The notes under the pieces are model-generated. The model saw nothing but the letters and a program-made list of their open reading frames with translations. It was not told the DNA's origin and made no database searches. Below are positions 12,720 to 25,132 of a stretch of 64,000 nucleotides of DNA, piece by piece. Origin of the DNA: Podarcis erhardii (lineage: Eukaryota); NCBI GenBank assembly GCA_964252035.1, contig OZ176201.1; one strand, 5' to 3'. Made by a program: the position numbers and the translations under genes. How positions within the stretch are numbered: the first letter of the stretch is position 1; every line of letters starts with the position of its first letter.

Positions 12720-12877
12720 ATGATGATGAAGAAACTGCAGAAGGGGAAAAGGAAGGTAACGAGATTGAAGATGAAGAACTTGATCCATTAGATGCATATA
12801 TGGAAGAAGTGAAAGAAGAGGTTAAGAAGTTCAATATGAGAAGTGTAAAAGGTGGAGGTGGAGGTGGAAGTGAAAAG
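12720..12877 (+). CDS. DDX46: DDX46 exon 6 (acidic loop, DPLD motif)
   Basis: EELDPLDAYMEEVKEEVKKFNM; 158 nt; AAG|gtaaat. Confidence 0.96.
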
Positions 12878-13024
12878 GTAAATTTTAAAAAATCATGTTC
12901 AGGTCTTAAAATAGTATATGTGCATTAAATCTGAAATATATGAGATCAAAACTAGTACCCTATAGGGTTTGCTAGTAGGATGGCTTGTAAAATTTCTAAT
13001 GTTTATGACCTTTTCTTTTTAAAG

Positions 13025-13138
13025 AAATCTGGGCCAACAGTTACTAAAGTAGTGACAGTGGTGAAAACCAAAAAAGCATCTCCAGAAACAGAAAAGAAGA
13101 AAGGAGAACTTATGGTGAATGACCAAGATGCAATGGAG
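13025..13138 (+). CDS. DDX46: DDX46 exon 7
   Basis: KSGPTVTKVVTVV...NDQDAME; 114 nt; AG/GT. Confidence 0.95.
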
Positions 13139-14270
13139 GTAATTACAACAGGCCAAATTGTTTATTTTGCCATATGAAATCCCCTATCAAGTTTATAGAT
13201 TTTAGAAAACAGTTTGTTTTAACCATGTATGTAACCCAGTTTTGTGGTGTTCACCAATCTATATGCGAAACTGTATATTTCCCACAGGAAAAATGAAGAG
13301 TTGCCATAGGCATTGTGAAATATAATGGCATTTGCCTATACTTAAGTCTTAATACCTTCCTTTTGAGATTTATACTTTCAGAACTGCAGAGTCACTGATA
13401 ATAATTAGAAGTAAGAAGGATTAGGATAAGCATCTTGCGAGGCCTTATGGTGGCAACAGAAGAGGGCAGCAATAGTAGTGGGGGCTTACGAGGCCTCGCC
13501 ATGGTGGAAAGAAGAGGTGGCGGCCTGCAAATCCTCCTGGCGGTAGTGGGAGGTGGTGGTAGAAGCTGTGGCAGCCTGCCTCAGCAAGGCCTTGCAGGCC
13601 ACCTCTGCTTCTGCTAGCGTCTCCTGCCACCACTGCAAGGCCTCACAGGCTACTGACGCCACCTCGACAAGGCCTCACAGGCTGCTGTCGCTGCTGCTGC
13701 CCACTGCCATGACAAGGCTTCTCAGGCTGCTGATTATTGTGCCACTGCTGCCAGGCTGCCGTGGCTACTGCCCCCCCCCCCGGTTGTTGATTTTGCCACT
13801 GCCAGGCTGCTGCCTCTGCCGCCTAGAAGGCCTGCTGGCAGTCTGGCAGTCCCAGATTATTTCTTTTCACTATGACTCATCACCATACTTTGGATTGTCC
13901 TGAGTACCATCATTTGCCAAGTCCCAAACCAAAAATTGGGATGAATTTTGGCTTTCCTGCTGCTGAAAGTGGCCATGAGGTGATTGATAATATCATCATT
14001 TATCAGTTTTAGACCTGTAAGTAGTAGCAGTTGCTAGGACACTGTCCTGTTCACTTCTGCATATTTCCTTATTTCAGATATTGTGATATACCACGATGTT
14101 TAGCTGGTGATATATTGCTGTATTGGAAAGCAGTTATTGCCCAGCCCTAGACTGCTCTTAGTATAACTTTCAGTTAGCAAGGTAAGGTAAACATGCTCTG
14201 CAGAAAGCAGATTTTGCCTGAATATTACTTTGCCTGAATGTTTGGCTTTTGTGATTTTATAACTCAACAG

Positions 14271-14436
14271 TATTCTTCTGAAGAGGAGGAAGTAGATCTC
14301 CAGACTGCACTGACAGGGTACCAGACCAAACATAGGAAATTGCTGGAACCAGTGGATCATGGGAAGATTGAATATGAGCCCTACAGGAAAAACTTCTATG
14401 TTGAAGTCCCAGAGCTGGCTAAGATGACTCAGGAAG
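14271..14436 (+). CDS. DDX46: DDX46 exon 8
   Basis: YSSEEEEVDLQTAL...KNFYVEVPELAKM; 166 nt. Confidence 0.96.
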
Positions 14437-14997
14437 GTAATAACAACTGACAAAGTAGTAGTAACTCTAGTTTCAGAGCTGTTGCATTTCAGATGACCAT
14501 GGATAAAAATAGGGAGATACCTGGCATACAGTAAGCATTCATGCTTACGTGGGGGCTACATTCTGGGGATTGCACTATTTTGTATATAGTGCATATATAG
14601 CCAATTTTGTATATAGTCTAAACGCATTGGGTACAGTGTTGGTGGGATTGCCAAATTCTTTTCTCCTGAACACCCACACCCTTCCCCCCCTTTAAATTTT
14701 TTTCTTTTTCTCCAAGTGCTTAAAGCTGAATGTACACAAGTTAATTACGCATAAGTTGTGGGCTTACTGTGTTAGGAAAAGAGAGTCATCAACATATATT
14801 AATGCCTATATTAATGTATAACACTGTCTTTTGTAGTCATGCTTACAACATAGAAAGCTTATTGGAAATCTCAATATGCTTTATCAAAAACATTGCTGCA
14901 GAGGTCAATAATATCACATGTGCAGAGAATATCTTACAAGAGGGCATTGATTTATGTGGATAAGTTAATCAGTATGCTAATCTGGATTGTGTTTCAG

Positions 14998-15118
14998 AGG
15001 TGAATGCATATAGGCTGGAAATGGAAGGAATTATAGTCAAGGGTAAAGGATGTCCTAAGCCAATTAAAACCTGGGTACAGTGTGGTATTTCTATGAAAAT
15101 CCTGAGTTCCATGAAAAA
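14998..15118 (+). CDS. DDX46: DDX46 exon 9
   Basis: VKGKGCPKPIKTWVQCGIS; 121 nt; AA|gtaagt. Confidence 0.96.
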
Positions 15119-15202
15119 GTAAGTGAACAACAGCAAAATGAAGCATGCATGTCTTGAAGTGTATATGAACTCTCCTTGTGTCTTTGCTTTCTGACTTGTG
15201 CT

Positions 15203-15204
<2 letters not shown>

Positions 15205-15247
<43 letters not shown>

Positions 15248-15398
15248 TTATTTATACCCCGCCCATCTGGCTGGGTTTCCCCAGCCACTCTGGGCGGCTT
15301 CCAAGAAAACACTAAAATACAATAACCTATTAAACATTAAAAGCTTCCCTAAACAGGGCTGCCTTCAGATGTCTTCTAAAAGTCTGGTAGTTATTTGT
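15205..15398 (-). mobile_element. L2 3' end with (TAA)n tail
   Basis: Near-identical reverse complement of 33250-33441. Confidence 0.9.
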
Positions 15399-15639
15399 TT
15401 GCAGCACGCAGTTACCATGTGGGTCTGTGTAAAAGAAATTATCTAACAAAGCCATGCAAATTCAAGATTTCAGGGTAGCTACAGGTAACTTAATTATTTA
15501 GTGTCACTTGTTCACTAATCATATATATGTTGTGATGTATTTTAATTTCAATTAATAATTTTGACTCTGTAATTTTTTTTTAAAATGTGCATAATAGAAA
15601 GTTCAGTATCTTAACATACAATCTCTGATTTCCTTTAAG

Positions 15640-15815
15640 GCATGGCTATGAGAAGCCCACCCCTATCCAAGCCCAGGCTATACCTGCAATTATGGGTGGA
15701 CGTGATTTAATTGGCATTGCTAAAACAGGAAGTGGAAAGACTATTGCTTTTCTGTTGCCCATGTTCAGGCACATAATGGATCAGAGACCACTAGAAGAAG
15801 GAGAAGGTCCAATAG
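15640..15815 (+). CDS. DDX46: DDX46 exon 10 (Q motif, motif I)
   Basis: [14 protein letters not shown]...AKTGSGKT; 176 nt. Confidence 0.97.
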
Positions 15816-16452
15816 GTACATGATAGCAACATTCTTTTTAATGCCATGCTGTTTGTGTGCAGATTAATAATTAATTTAATGGATCAACCATGAACTGGAA
15901 GTGAACTATGAAAGGAAATGCCTGCTTGTGCTATATAGTTATAATTTCACTATTAAATTTGGTAACTGTTCTCCTTGTCAGGCGGAGGGGAAGACAATAC
16001 AGGATATGCTTTGTTTCTGTGTTGCAGGTGTTTCTTAAATGTTAATTTCTTCTAGCAGAATATGTGTGGATTAGTTTATGGAGCAATCCTCAAGTTTCCT
16101 TCCCTCCCTAATCTTTCTTCCCAAACACCGCCTCATATATATTGAGGTACTGGGTGCTACTAAGCAACTTCAGGATTTACTAAGGAAAAGCACCAGGTTG
16201 CAGTTCAAAGGAGAATGGAGCACAGCAGGAAATGTGCAGCAAAATGAGGAACAAAACTGAAACAAAATGCAAAGGATGGTTGTCTGAATGTGCCTGTAAG
16301 CCACCAAGCTAGAGCTTTGCCAATTTGTTATCTAAAAAAAAGCAAGTTCATGGCTTAATGGGAAGAAATTGGATGAAATTCATATTTACCTTGTTTCTTT
16401 ACACACTTTTATATTGTACATAAAATCCTATACATCTATAAAATACCTATTA

Positions 16453-16705
16453 CAGTGGTGCCTCGCAAGACGAAATTAATTCGTTCCGCGAGTCTCTTCG
16501 TCTTGCGGTTTTTTCGTCTTGTGAAGCACCCCTATTAGCGGCTATTAGCGGCTTAGCGGCTTAGAAAAGGGGGGGGGAGGGAAAACACTCGCAAGACGTT
16601 TTCGTCTTGCGAAGCAAGCCCATGGGGAAATTCGTCTTGCGAAGCACTTCAAAAGACGGAAAACTCTTTCGTCTTGCGACGCATTCGTCTTGCGGGACAC
16701 CACTG
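16453..16705. mobile_element. Tc1/mariner MITE, family B
   Basis: TIR CAGTGGTGCCTCGCAAGACGAA / TTCGTCTTGCGGGACACCACTG; TA flanks; repeated internal CGTCTTG(C/T)G motifs. Confidence 0.9.
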
Positions 16706-16885
16706 TACTATGACATATTCTCTCACAAAAGAAAATTGTGTCATTCTAGAAATTGGATTTCTTTTGTGGAAGGAAATCTCGCTACCTTCTAAGCATGTGT
16801 TGGAAGTAAGGTGCTGAAAATGGTGAGATTTATTTATGAGTAAAGAGTCAGGATTTTTGTGATTACACTGCTTTGTTCTTTTCAG

Positions 16886-17007
16886 CTGTTATTATGACTC
16901 CTACTCGAGAGCTGGCTTTACAAATTACAAAGGAGTGTAAGAAGTTCTCAAAGACACTTGGGGTTAGAGTTGTATGCGTATATGGAGGAACAGGAATAAG
17001 TGAACAG
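16886..17007 (+). CDS. DDX46: DDX46 exon 11 (motif Ia)
   Basis: [10 protein letters not shown]...YGGTGISEQ; 122 nt. Confidence 0.97.
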
Positions 17008-17344
17008 GTACATATAAATCTTGTCTCTCTATTCATAGTGTCTTGATTTGTGTTGCTATCGGTGCATAACTTGTTTGGAATCCTTTTTCTTTTTTAGGTT
17101 TCAAGTTGCTTCTCTGTAACAGTTGTTTAATTTAGAGAGAATACGAAGGTTACTATTTTGGTTCCATAGAGGCATGAGCTGGGCTCTGCTCTTGCAGCAG
17201 CCTTCCATGGCTATTCCACACTACACCCACCCCAAGAGGGACAGGACACCCACCGGGGCGGGGGGAGGGTTTCCTGTTTCTTCTCTGATGCATACATTAG
17301 CAAAGGGGGCTTTTTGCTGAAGGATTTCAAAATCACCATCTTAG

Positions 17345-17485
17345 TAGCTCAGTAGGTAGAACATGAGACTCTTAATCTCTGGGTCATGGGTTCAAGCAAA
17401 AGATTGGGCAAAAGATTCTTGCGTTGATTGCAGGGGGTTGGACTAGATGACCTTTGTGGTCTCTGCCAACTCTACAGATCTATGA
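17345..17485 (+). mobile_element. SINE with tRNA-Lys(CTT)-derived head and CR1-like tail
   Basis: TAGCTCAGTAGGTAGAACATGAGACTCTTAATCTCTGGGTCATGGGTTCAAGC follows vertebrate tRNA-Lys; tail GGGGTTGGACTAGATGACC...CCAACTCTA..TCTATGA. Confidence 0.8.
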
Positions 17486-17585
17486 AACTGAATATGTTCC
17501 TATTCTGGTAAAATTTTATGAACTTTCAGTTTTGTTGTTGAACCCACAGCTGTTGTTTTGACTGCAGAGTTGCTTTCACAATTTA

Positions 17586-18162
17586 CCGTATTTTTCGTCC
17601 TATAGGACGCACTTTTCCCCCTCCAAAAATGAAGGGGAAATCTGGGTGCGTCCTGTGGGGCGAATGCAGGCTTTCGCTGAAGCTTGGAGAGCGAGAAGGG
17701 TCGGTGCGCACCGACCCTTCTCGCTCTCCAGGCTTCAGGAAGACATCCGCAGCCTAGGCAGCCCGCAGGGCTGTCTAGGCTGCGGATAGCAGCTTGTTTC
17801 CTGGAGCGCCGGGCACGCTGAAAGCAGAGCGCCCGGTGCTTCGGGAACACATCCGCAACCTAGGCAGCCCTGCGGGAGTTCCCACAGGGCTCCCCACACT
17901 GCAGATAGCAGCTTGCCGCCCGGCGGACGACGCGCGCTGAAGCAGAGCGCCCCGCGCGCCGGGCAGACATCAGCCAGCCCCACAAGCTCGGGCGACAGCA
18001 GGGAGGCGCAGCGCTGCCATCCCGCTGTTCCTCGACCTGGTTCGGTTTCCCTGACCTGGTTTTGGGGGAGAAATAAAGGAAATTTTTTTTTCCCTTTATT
18101 TCCCCCCAAAAAAACTAGGTGCGTCCTTTGGGACAGAGAGTCCTATGGGACGGAAAATATGG
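17586..18162. mobile_element. Tc2-like (CCGTA-terminal) non-autonomous DNA element
   Basis: TA-CCGTATTTTTCGTCCTATAGGAC ... GTCCTATGGGACGGAAAATATGG-TA; subterminal GGTGCGTCCT motifs; GC-rich interior. Confidence 0.85.
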
Positions 18163-18707
18163 TAGATAGTAATTGGGAGTTTCCCAGCTGCATATTTGGG
18201 ACATTCCACACTTAATAATTCACAAGAAATGGAATGTATTGAGTCTAAACTCTGCCGCATAACAAGAGCATAGTATTCAACTAAGTTTTATTTGGAATAG
18301 ACCCATTGAAATTAATCAACATGGCGAAGTTAGCTCCATTAATTTCACTGGTTCTACAGTAAAAGCTGGATACCACCCAAGGCAATTTAAATTACAATAG
18401 GTTGGATGCAGACTTTGCCTTCTATAAACAAAAGGCCGCCCTGAGCTAGCCAACTGCAGATTAATCTTTGTGGGACACCATAGTAAGTAAGGTGTTTGCA
18501 AGCATCTTACTATGTTTTGATTTGTTTTAACTGACAAAAAATGAGCCAGTCAGATGTTGCAGGGGAATAGTACCCCCCAACCTTTAATGTTTACAGCTGA
18601 GGGAATGGGTACTAAATCACTGATGAGTAGAATAAATTGCTTAAGGGTTGCTGATAATACCATAAGTGTTATATATTTTAATTTTCCTCAACTTATTTTA
18701 TAACCAG

Positions 18708-18786
18708 ATTGCTGAACTGAAAAGGGGTGCTGAAATAATCGTTTGCACACCTGGCCGCATGATTGACATGTTGGCAGCTAACAATG
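18708..18786 (+). CDS. DDX46: DDX46 exon 12 (motif Ib)
   Basis: [22 protein letters not shown]; 79 nt. Confidence 0.96.
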
Positions 18787-21080
18787 GTAAGAAGAGACTT
18801 TCATTTAATGATTTTCTTTAATGATAAATAAATGGAACATTTTATTCATAAATGGAATTCTGGAAGTTATGTATTTCTTGAAGCTGTGATATCAGATATT
18901 GTGAATACAGTTATAAAAATGGTTCTTTCCAATAACTTTTAGATGTGGGTCTTATAAGTGAAGGACAGTAACTCTTAAGAATTTCTTAGAACAAGTACAT
19001 GCATTTTAGATTTATATATCAACTTCAAAATTGGCTTACTTAGGATTACTGTTTCTTAATTTGAAGTTATGCTGCCTGTCTGATGCTTGTTGACATTAAT
19101 GCAACATAGTAATTAACTTTAGTTGAAGGAAATATAGCTGCACATTTCTAAATTGAAGTAAATCCACAATTCATTTTCAACAAAAACATGAAATTTCTCT
19201 CATATATCGTAAGTTTTTCGTCTTAGTACAAATCAATATACTAAACAGAGATATTGCAGCTTTAAAATGCTTTTTATTTCCGTATTGCATGCTTGTCAAA
19301 TAATGTTTGATTTGCTTAAATATTGTACTTCAAAACCTCTACTAAACTGTTGACATTTGACTTCTGTGGGAAAAGTTCCTTCAAGAATTATAGAACTGGG
19401 CTTCCAAGACTTAAGCCATCAAAGGTAGGTACATCATTGCAGTTCCCAAGCAATGTACACTTTTAGGAGCTGAATAAATAATGAAAATTCTGCCAATTAA
19501 AATGGGATAATAACATATGTATTTAGTCCTGAAGAAGGAGATTTACCTTTTATCCGCTTTAAGTTAGCTACCTTAAAAGCCACTTTAAAACAGCTTTTCT
19601 TTAAAGCAATATCCTTGCTTCAAAATAGCTAAATTGTGTGTTCCTCCCCTTGTGTGTAACTCAGTCCAGCATCCAAATAGGTAGTTGAGAAATTCGGATC
19701 ATAATTGATGATTGAGGTGGAAGTAACCTAGGGATCTGCAGAATGAAAGAATCACCTGGAAGGGAGCTTGTGGTGGAGTGCATGACCCCTATGCTGTGGA
19801 GAAAGTTCCATGCTTTCTTAGATTTTAATGTACCCCAAACTTCATGTCAGGGTTCTGCTCTTCCCTTGTTCAGAGGAGGTTGGGTAGGGTTTTTCCTGCC
19901 TTACCCATTCCCTTTACAGCATATAGAAGCAGCAATACCAGCAGGTTTTAGACATTTCAATTCTTCCCTAGTTTTAAGTGTTTAGGGGTTTTGTTGTTAA
20001 AACTCAATCTGCTCTCATGTAATTCCGAATCACATGAGATTAGATCCTAAAATCCCAAGTGGACAGCACTACCACAAATGCAGGGTGTGTATGTGTTCTT
20101 CTGACCCCACCCCTTATTTTTTCATCCACACCCTGTGCTTCACACTGATTCATGAGCCCCTAGTGTGGTCGGGGGAGGGCTTTAGATGTTGCTGCTAATG
20201 GAGGGGGGAACCCACAAATTGCATATGCAATGTGTGTAGGGCAGTGTGTTCTACTTACATATGGGGGTTCTTCAGTTCAATGATATAATGTAGAATTGCT
20301 ACTGTGTACAACATTTAATTTAGTTTCAAGTGCCTTTTGTATTGGCACTTCTGAAAGAATCTGTTGTGATTTATTTTTAAAGACAAATTCTTTGAGTTTA
20401 GACCATAAAATAAGACAAAAGACATACTATGCATAGACCCATTTGCCACTACAATTGGGGTAGCTTTTTAAAGACTGAATTATAAGTGTTAAGGTGTGTC
20501 TGAAGGTATGGGAAATTGGGCTTATACAATTCTTGTTGTTAGCTGCTGTCTAGATGATTCTCCTTATCTTCAAATCAGTGTGAGAGGTGCTGCTTCTGAC
20601 GAAGAAAAACAATGACAAAACTCTTGTCTTCTTTGTGGTTACTTTCACCCATCCTAAATATTTCAAATAATAATCTATGTAGAGGCTTTTGTGGGGCTTC
20701 TTCAGTTAGCTCTTGAACTTTGCCTTCCACACATGCGCTGTAATCTCTAATATGTTTTTTTCTAGGTGGCGCTCACAGATAGTGGCTGATGTGGCTCGTT
20801 GCTTCACCTCAGTCTTAGTTTTATGATGTGTTTTGGTGAGGGCTGTTTTCTGAATTTTACAGGTTCTTCTGGCCCTGTACTGGTATGCAAGAGAGGAGTT
20901 TGACAAAATAATGGGCCTTGTGCATCAGTACACAATTGCCAAAATGTCAGTGGAGCAAGAGATAAGGCATTTAGCAAATTGCTTTTCTAAAATAAATATA
21001 ACATTTAATGTTTGTTTAGCCAGTAGTCAGAATATGTACCATTTTATTTACGTTTGCTGTTGAAGAAAAATGGCCTTTAG

Positions 21081-21224
<144 letters not shown>

Positions 21225-22063
21225 TAGACTTAGGATAATTGTATTGTAGGAGTTGGAAGAAGTTATGTGTGTCTTTTTAGTTCAGACCTTGGGCCACATT
21301 GCAACCCTCCAGGTCTTTCTATCTGGTCCTTGGAACTCTCCCTAAACCACATCCTGGCTCTGCTTTGCACCATCCTTGAGTGTTTTGCCTAGTGTCAGTT
21401 TGTCCTTGAACACTAATAATGCTACTTGCTTGGCTGGATGGAAGATAGAGAAGGATGTGTAAACAGGTGTAGAAACTAGTTTGCTGTACAAAGCAAAATT
21501 AATATTTGTTTTGCCCATCGTTACCTCTGCCCTTGCCCATGTGGCCTCTGAAAGATGCCTAAAAGTAATTTCAGCTCCCAAGACAAAAATAGTTCTTCCA
21601 TCCATTGTTTAGAACATACTTGATTAATCTGAAATGGGTGCCTGGAAAGTTCACAGGCTTGGCTGGCACATACGTAGCCCTATAGTGCTGCCTGCTCCCC
21701 AGTTCAGTAGACTATATACAAAATAGCATCAGGCAACAACAAAAGAGATGTATTTAAGAAACTCTAGAAGGCTTATGCTTGTGGCAAACTTATCAGAAAG
21801 ATTAGCCACCACTAATGTAGACACTGAAGTTTCTTTCCTGTAGAATGCAGGAGGGTTGTTCTGCACTTTTTGGTGCAGAATTTGTACAGAAGTAGACCTG
21901 CAAAAATAATCCTTATAGGAGATTGTCCCATGCCCAACAGTAAACAATGTCCCCAATATTCACTTGCTTTCCAATTACAATTTTTTTTCAGTAAATGAAA
22001 AAGCACTGAGAGCATATTGCTATTTGAGTATTTGTACAACCAATGTAAAGTGTTGGGGTAAAC

Positions 22064-22199
22064 CAGGCATAGGCAAACTCAGCCCTCCAGATGTTTTGGG
22101 ACTACAATTCCCATCATCCCTGACCACTGATCTTGTTAGCTAGTGATCATGGGAGTTGTAGTTCCAAAACATCTGGAGGGCTGAGTTTGCCTATGCCTG
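22064..22199. mobile_element. Palindromic hAT (Charlie-like) MITE, 136 bp
   Basis: CAGGCATAGGCAAACTCAGCCCTCCAGATGTTTTG ... CAAAACATCTGGAGGGCTGAGTTTGCCTATGCCTG; 8-bp flanks do not match; fragments of the family near 10070, 48590, 60965, 62190 and 63945. Confidence 0.85.
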
Positions 22200-22352
22200 C
22201 TATGTTCCATAGGCTTTTGCAAAAATGTTTCGTTACTAAAATGTTTCCCAGAACTGTCTATGTAAGGTTTTGCATTGTATTGCATGAGCTAAGATGCAAG
22301 TAATTTGATTTGGAGAATTGTGGTGTTGACCTTCCCTTTGAACTTGCTTTAG

Positions 22353-22517
22353 GTTATGCGCATTGTAGACAATGTGAGACCTGATCGCCAGACTGTTATG
22401 TTCTCTGCTACCTTCCCTAGAGCCATGGAGGCTTTAGCTCGTCGAATATTAAGCAAGCCAATAGAAGTCCAAGTTGGTGGTAGAAGCGTCGTCTGCTCTG
22501 ATGTGGAACAAAAAGTG
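22353..22517 (+). CDS. DDX46: DDX46 exon 14 (motif III)
   Basis: [22 protein letters not shown]; 165 nt. Confidence 0.97.
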
Positions 22518-23128
22518 GTAAGTTTCAGGAATACATCTGCTGCATTTGCAACAAACTGCTCAAAACTCAGTTGTACATACAAAACTATACATCCAAGAAG
22601 GCTTCAGCTCTGGATTGTTTTGAAAAAAATAGACCTCTAAAATACATTCACTTTACAAAGTAGGGAATAGTGATTATGTTTATCCTTGTCTTACATGGCT
22701 TTGGCTAGTAACAAAAATATCTTACAGTAGTGAGATTTATTTTTCGTTATACCAGGGATATTATTTATTTTTCCTTTGACCAATGTTACTATTTGTATCC
22801 ACAGTCTATGAACTGTTGTGCCAGGAAGCTTATATATAATGGGAGCTTCCTAGCAGCACAGCTCTTTCTTGTACTTCTTTCATAGCAGGGTGACTCCCCA
22901 ACTCCCAAAAGCAAGAGAAGACCCTTGACCCACTTCCTTAGATGCAGCTGTAGTTTTTCTTGCAAAATTTAGCAATTTGCACTATCAAAATTAAAGCGAG
23001 AATCATAGAGTTGAGATGGAAGAGAACTGTATATTGACATACTTGATTTTTACTTCCAGTATCACTGGAAGCCAATTTAAGCAATTACCCTTGAGATGCT
23101 GTCTCCTTAAACTATGTTGTTCTTTCAG

Positions 23129-23291
23129 ATTGTCATAGAGGAGGAGAACAAGTTTTTGAAGTTACTCGAATTATTGGGACATTATCAGGAACAAGGAGCT
23201 GTCATTATATTTGTAGATAAACAAGAACATGCTGATGGATTGCTGAAAGACTTAATGAGAGCCTCTTATCCCTGCCTGTCTCTTCATGGAG
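23129..23291 (+). CDS. DDX46: DDX46 exon 15
   Basis: [13 protein letters not shown]...[11 protein letters not shown]...LHG; 163 nt. Confidence 0.97.
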
Positions 23292-23386
23292 GTAATGGAC
23301 ATTATTCAGTCATTACATCTATATAACTAGAGTAATGAAACCTGAATAATGTCATTTCTCAACATTGTATTATGTGTCCTCCACAG

Positions 23387-23580
23387 GTATTGACCAGTAT
23401 GACAGAGATAGCATAATCAATGATTTTAAGAGTGGAGTGTGCAAGCTTCTTGTGGCCACATCCGTGGCAGCCCGAGGTCTTGATGTAAAACATCTTATGC
23501 TTGTAGTCAACTACAGCTGCCCCAATCATTATGAGGATTATGTGCACAGAGCAGGCAGAACTGGACGAGCAGGCAACAAA
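23387..23580 (+). CDS. DDX46: DDX46 exon 16 (motifs V, VI)
   Basis: [11 protein letters not shown]...[14 protein letters not shown]; 194 nt; preceded by a 95-nt intron. Confidence 0.97.
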
Positions 23581-23701
23581 GTATGTATGCAATATTTTTT
23601 ATAAATAAACTGCTAAAAATGGTACTCTGATAAAGATGAGGTAGAGAATTTGTAGAACACTGCAGGTGGATCAGTTTTAAATAAAGGCTATTTTAAATCT
23701 A

Positions 23702-24058
23702 GGGTTGCGGGTGGCGCTGTGGGTTAAACCACAGAGCCTAGGACTTGCCAATCAGAAGGTCGGCGGTTTGAATCCCCACGACAGGGTGAGCTCCCATTGC
23801 TCAGTCCCAGCTCCTGCCAACCTAGCAGTTCGAAAGCACGTCAAAGTGCAAGTAGATAAATAGGTACCGCTCTGGCAGGAAGGTAAACGGCGTTTCCGTG
23901 CACTGCTCTGGTTCGCCAGAAGCAGCTTAGTCATGTTGGCCACATGACCCGGAAGCTGTCTGCGGACAAACGCCGGTTCTCTTGGCCTATAGAGCGAGAT
24001 GAGCATGCAACCTCAGAGTCGGCCATGACTGGACCTAACGGTCAGGGGTCCCTTTACC
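23702..24058 (+). mobile_element. Full-length Sauria-type SINE
   Basis: A box TGGCGCTGTGG; B box GGTTTGAATCC at 23765; CCTTTACC tail; TSD TTAAATCT (23693-23700 and 24063-24070). Confidence 0.93.
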
Positions 24059-24994
24059 TATATTAAATCTGATCTAAGTTATGATTTAAATCAGCAGGAC
24101 GTTCATTTTGACATTCATGTTTTCTGAACAAGCATGCGTTCTAACTGATCACTCAGTTAGATCAGAAGATGATAATGATAATAATCTTGTATTGGTTTGT
24201 AACTATATAAAGCCATTGTGTAACCTCAAGGCATAATTCAGATTCTTTTGGCCATGCATCCCACACCAGTTTTGTACTGTAGAATTATGTCTGCTTCAAG
24301 GCAACCATATTCATATGCAGGTACAGTAAGATCACTGCAGTCCTGGAACAAATTAGCATGCTAATTCATGTTGCACTGAACTATGGATAATGTCTATGTA
24401 CAGCATATGTTTGCATTGTTCTAGTTTCTTTTTAAATGAGGTTATTTTTTAAAGAAGACCTTTTTATAACTGAAATGTAGAAAGATAAAATTAAGACTTA
24501 AAAATGTAAATTCTAGGTTGCTTCCAGTGCTATGCTAGTGGGATTCTGCTCGTGCAACAGATCTTCTGCCCCCCCCAATCTTCTCTAGAGTCCCCCCCAA
24601 CTGTCTGGACTTGATGAGTGGGCTGTTGAACACACAAAGGTTTCTTGCATCAGTGAGGTTGACTTGTTGGATGCTGCCCCCGTCTCTTGCTTTTAAAAAA
24701 AGCTAAAAGTCAATCCTGGAATGTTGTCAGGTCCTGTGGAAACATTAGCAAAAGAACTGTGATACCACGGAAGTCAGTGACTACATTCCCATTGATTCAC
24801 CTGTGGGTCAAGAAGTCACCACAAGATTAAAACAGACTGGTGTCTTGTGATTGCTCTTCTTATCTGTCACCCTATTTGTTATATATTTGGTTGCCCCCCA
24901 AACAGTGAATTAAGTTCTTCACATTAGCTTGGTGGGTTGTTGTGTCCTAAAATATAACTGCCCCCAAAGTTTATACATAATATTTTATTAACAG

Positions 24995-25132
24995 GGTTAT
25001 GCCTATACCTTCATTACTGAAGATCAAGCACGGTATGCTGGTGATATAATTAAAGCTTTGGAATTGTCAAGTAATCCAGTTCCTCCTGAGCTGGAGAAGC
25101 TTTGGACCGACTTCAAAGATCAGCAGAAGGCT
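24995..25132 (+). CDS. DDX46: DDX46 exon 17
   Basis: GYAYTFITEDQARYAGDII...KDQQKA; 138 nt. Confidence 0.96.

Noticed and set aside
17345-17410. tRNA-Lys(CTT)-like sequence
   Set aside because: Acceptor stem and 3' end are missing and it runs into a CR1-like tail, so it is a SINE head rather than a tRNA gene.
18619-18655. TGATGA...CTGA C/D-box-like pair in intron 11
   Set aside because: Boxes are only ~25 nt apart, the C box lacks the leading purine, and no later D box precedes the acceptor.
20013-20038. CTCATGT...ACATGAG hairpin
   Set aside because: A 7-bp stem is expected by chance in 64 kb.
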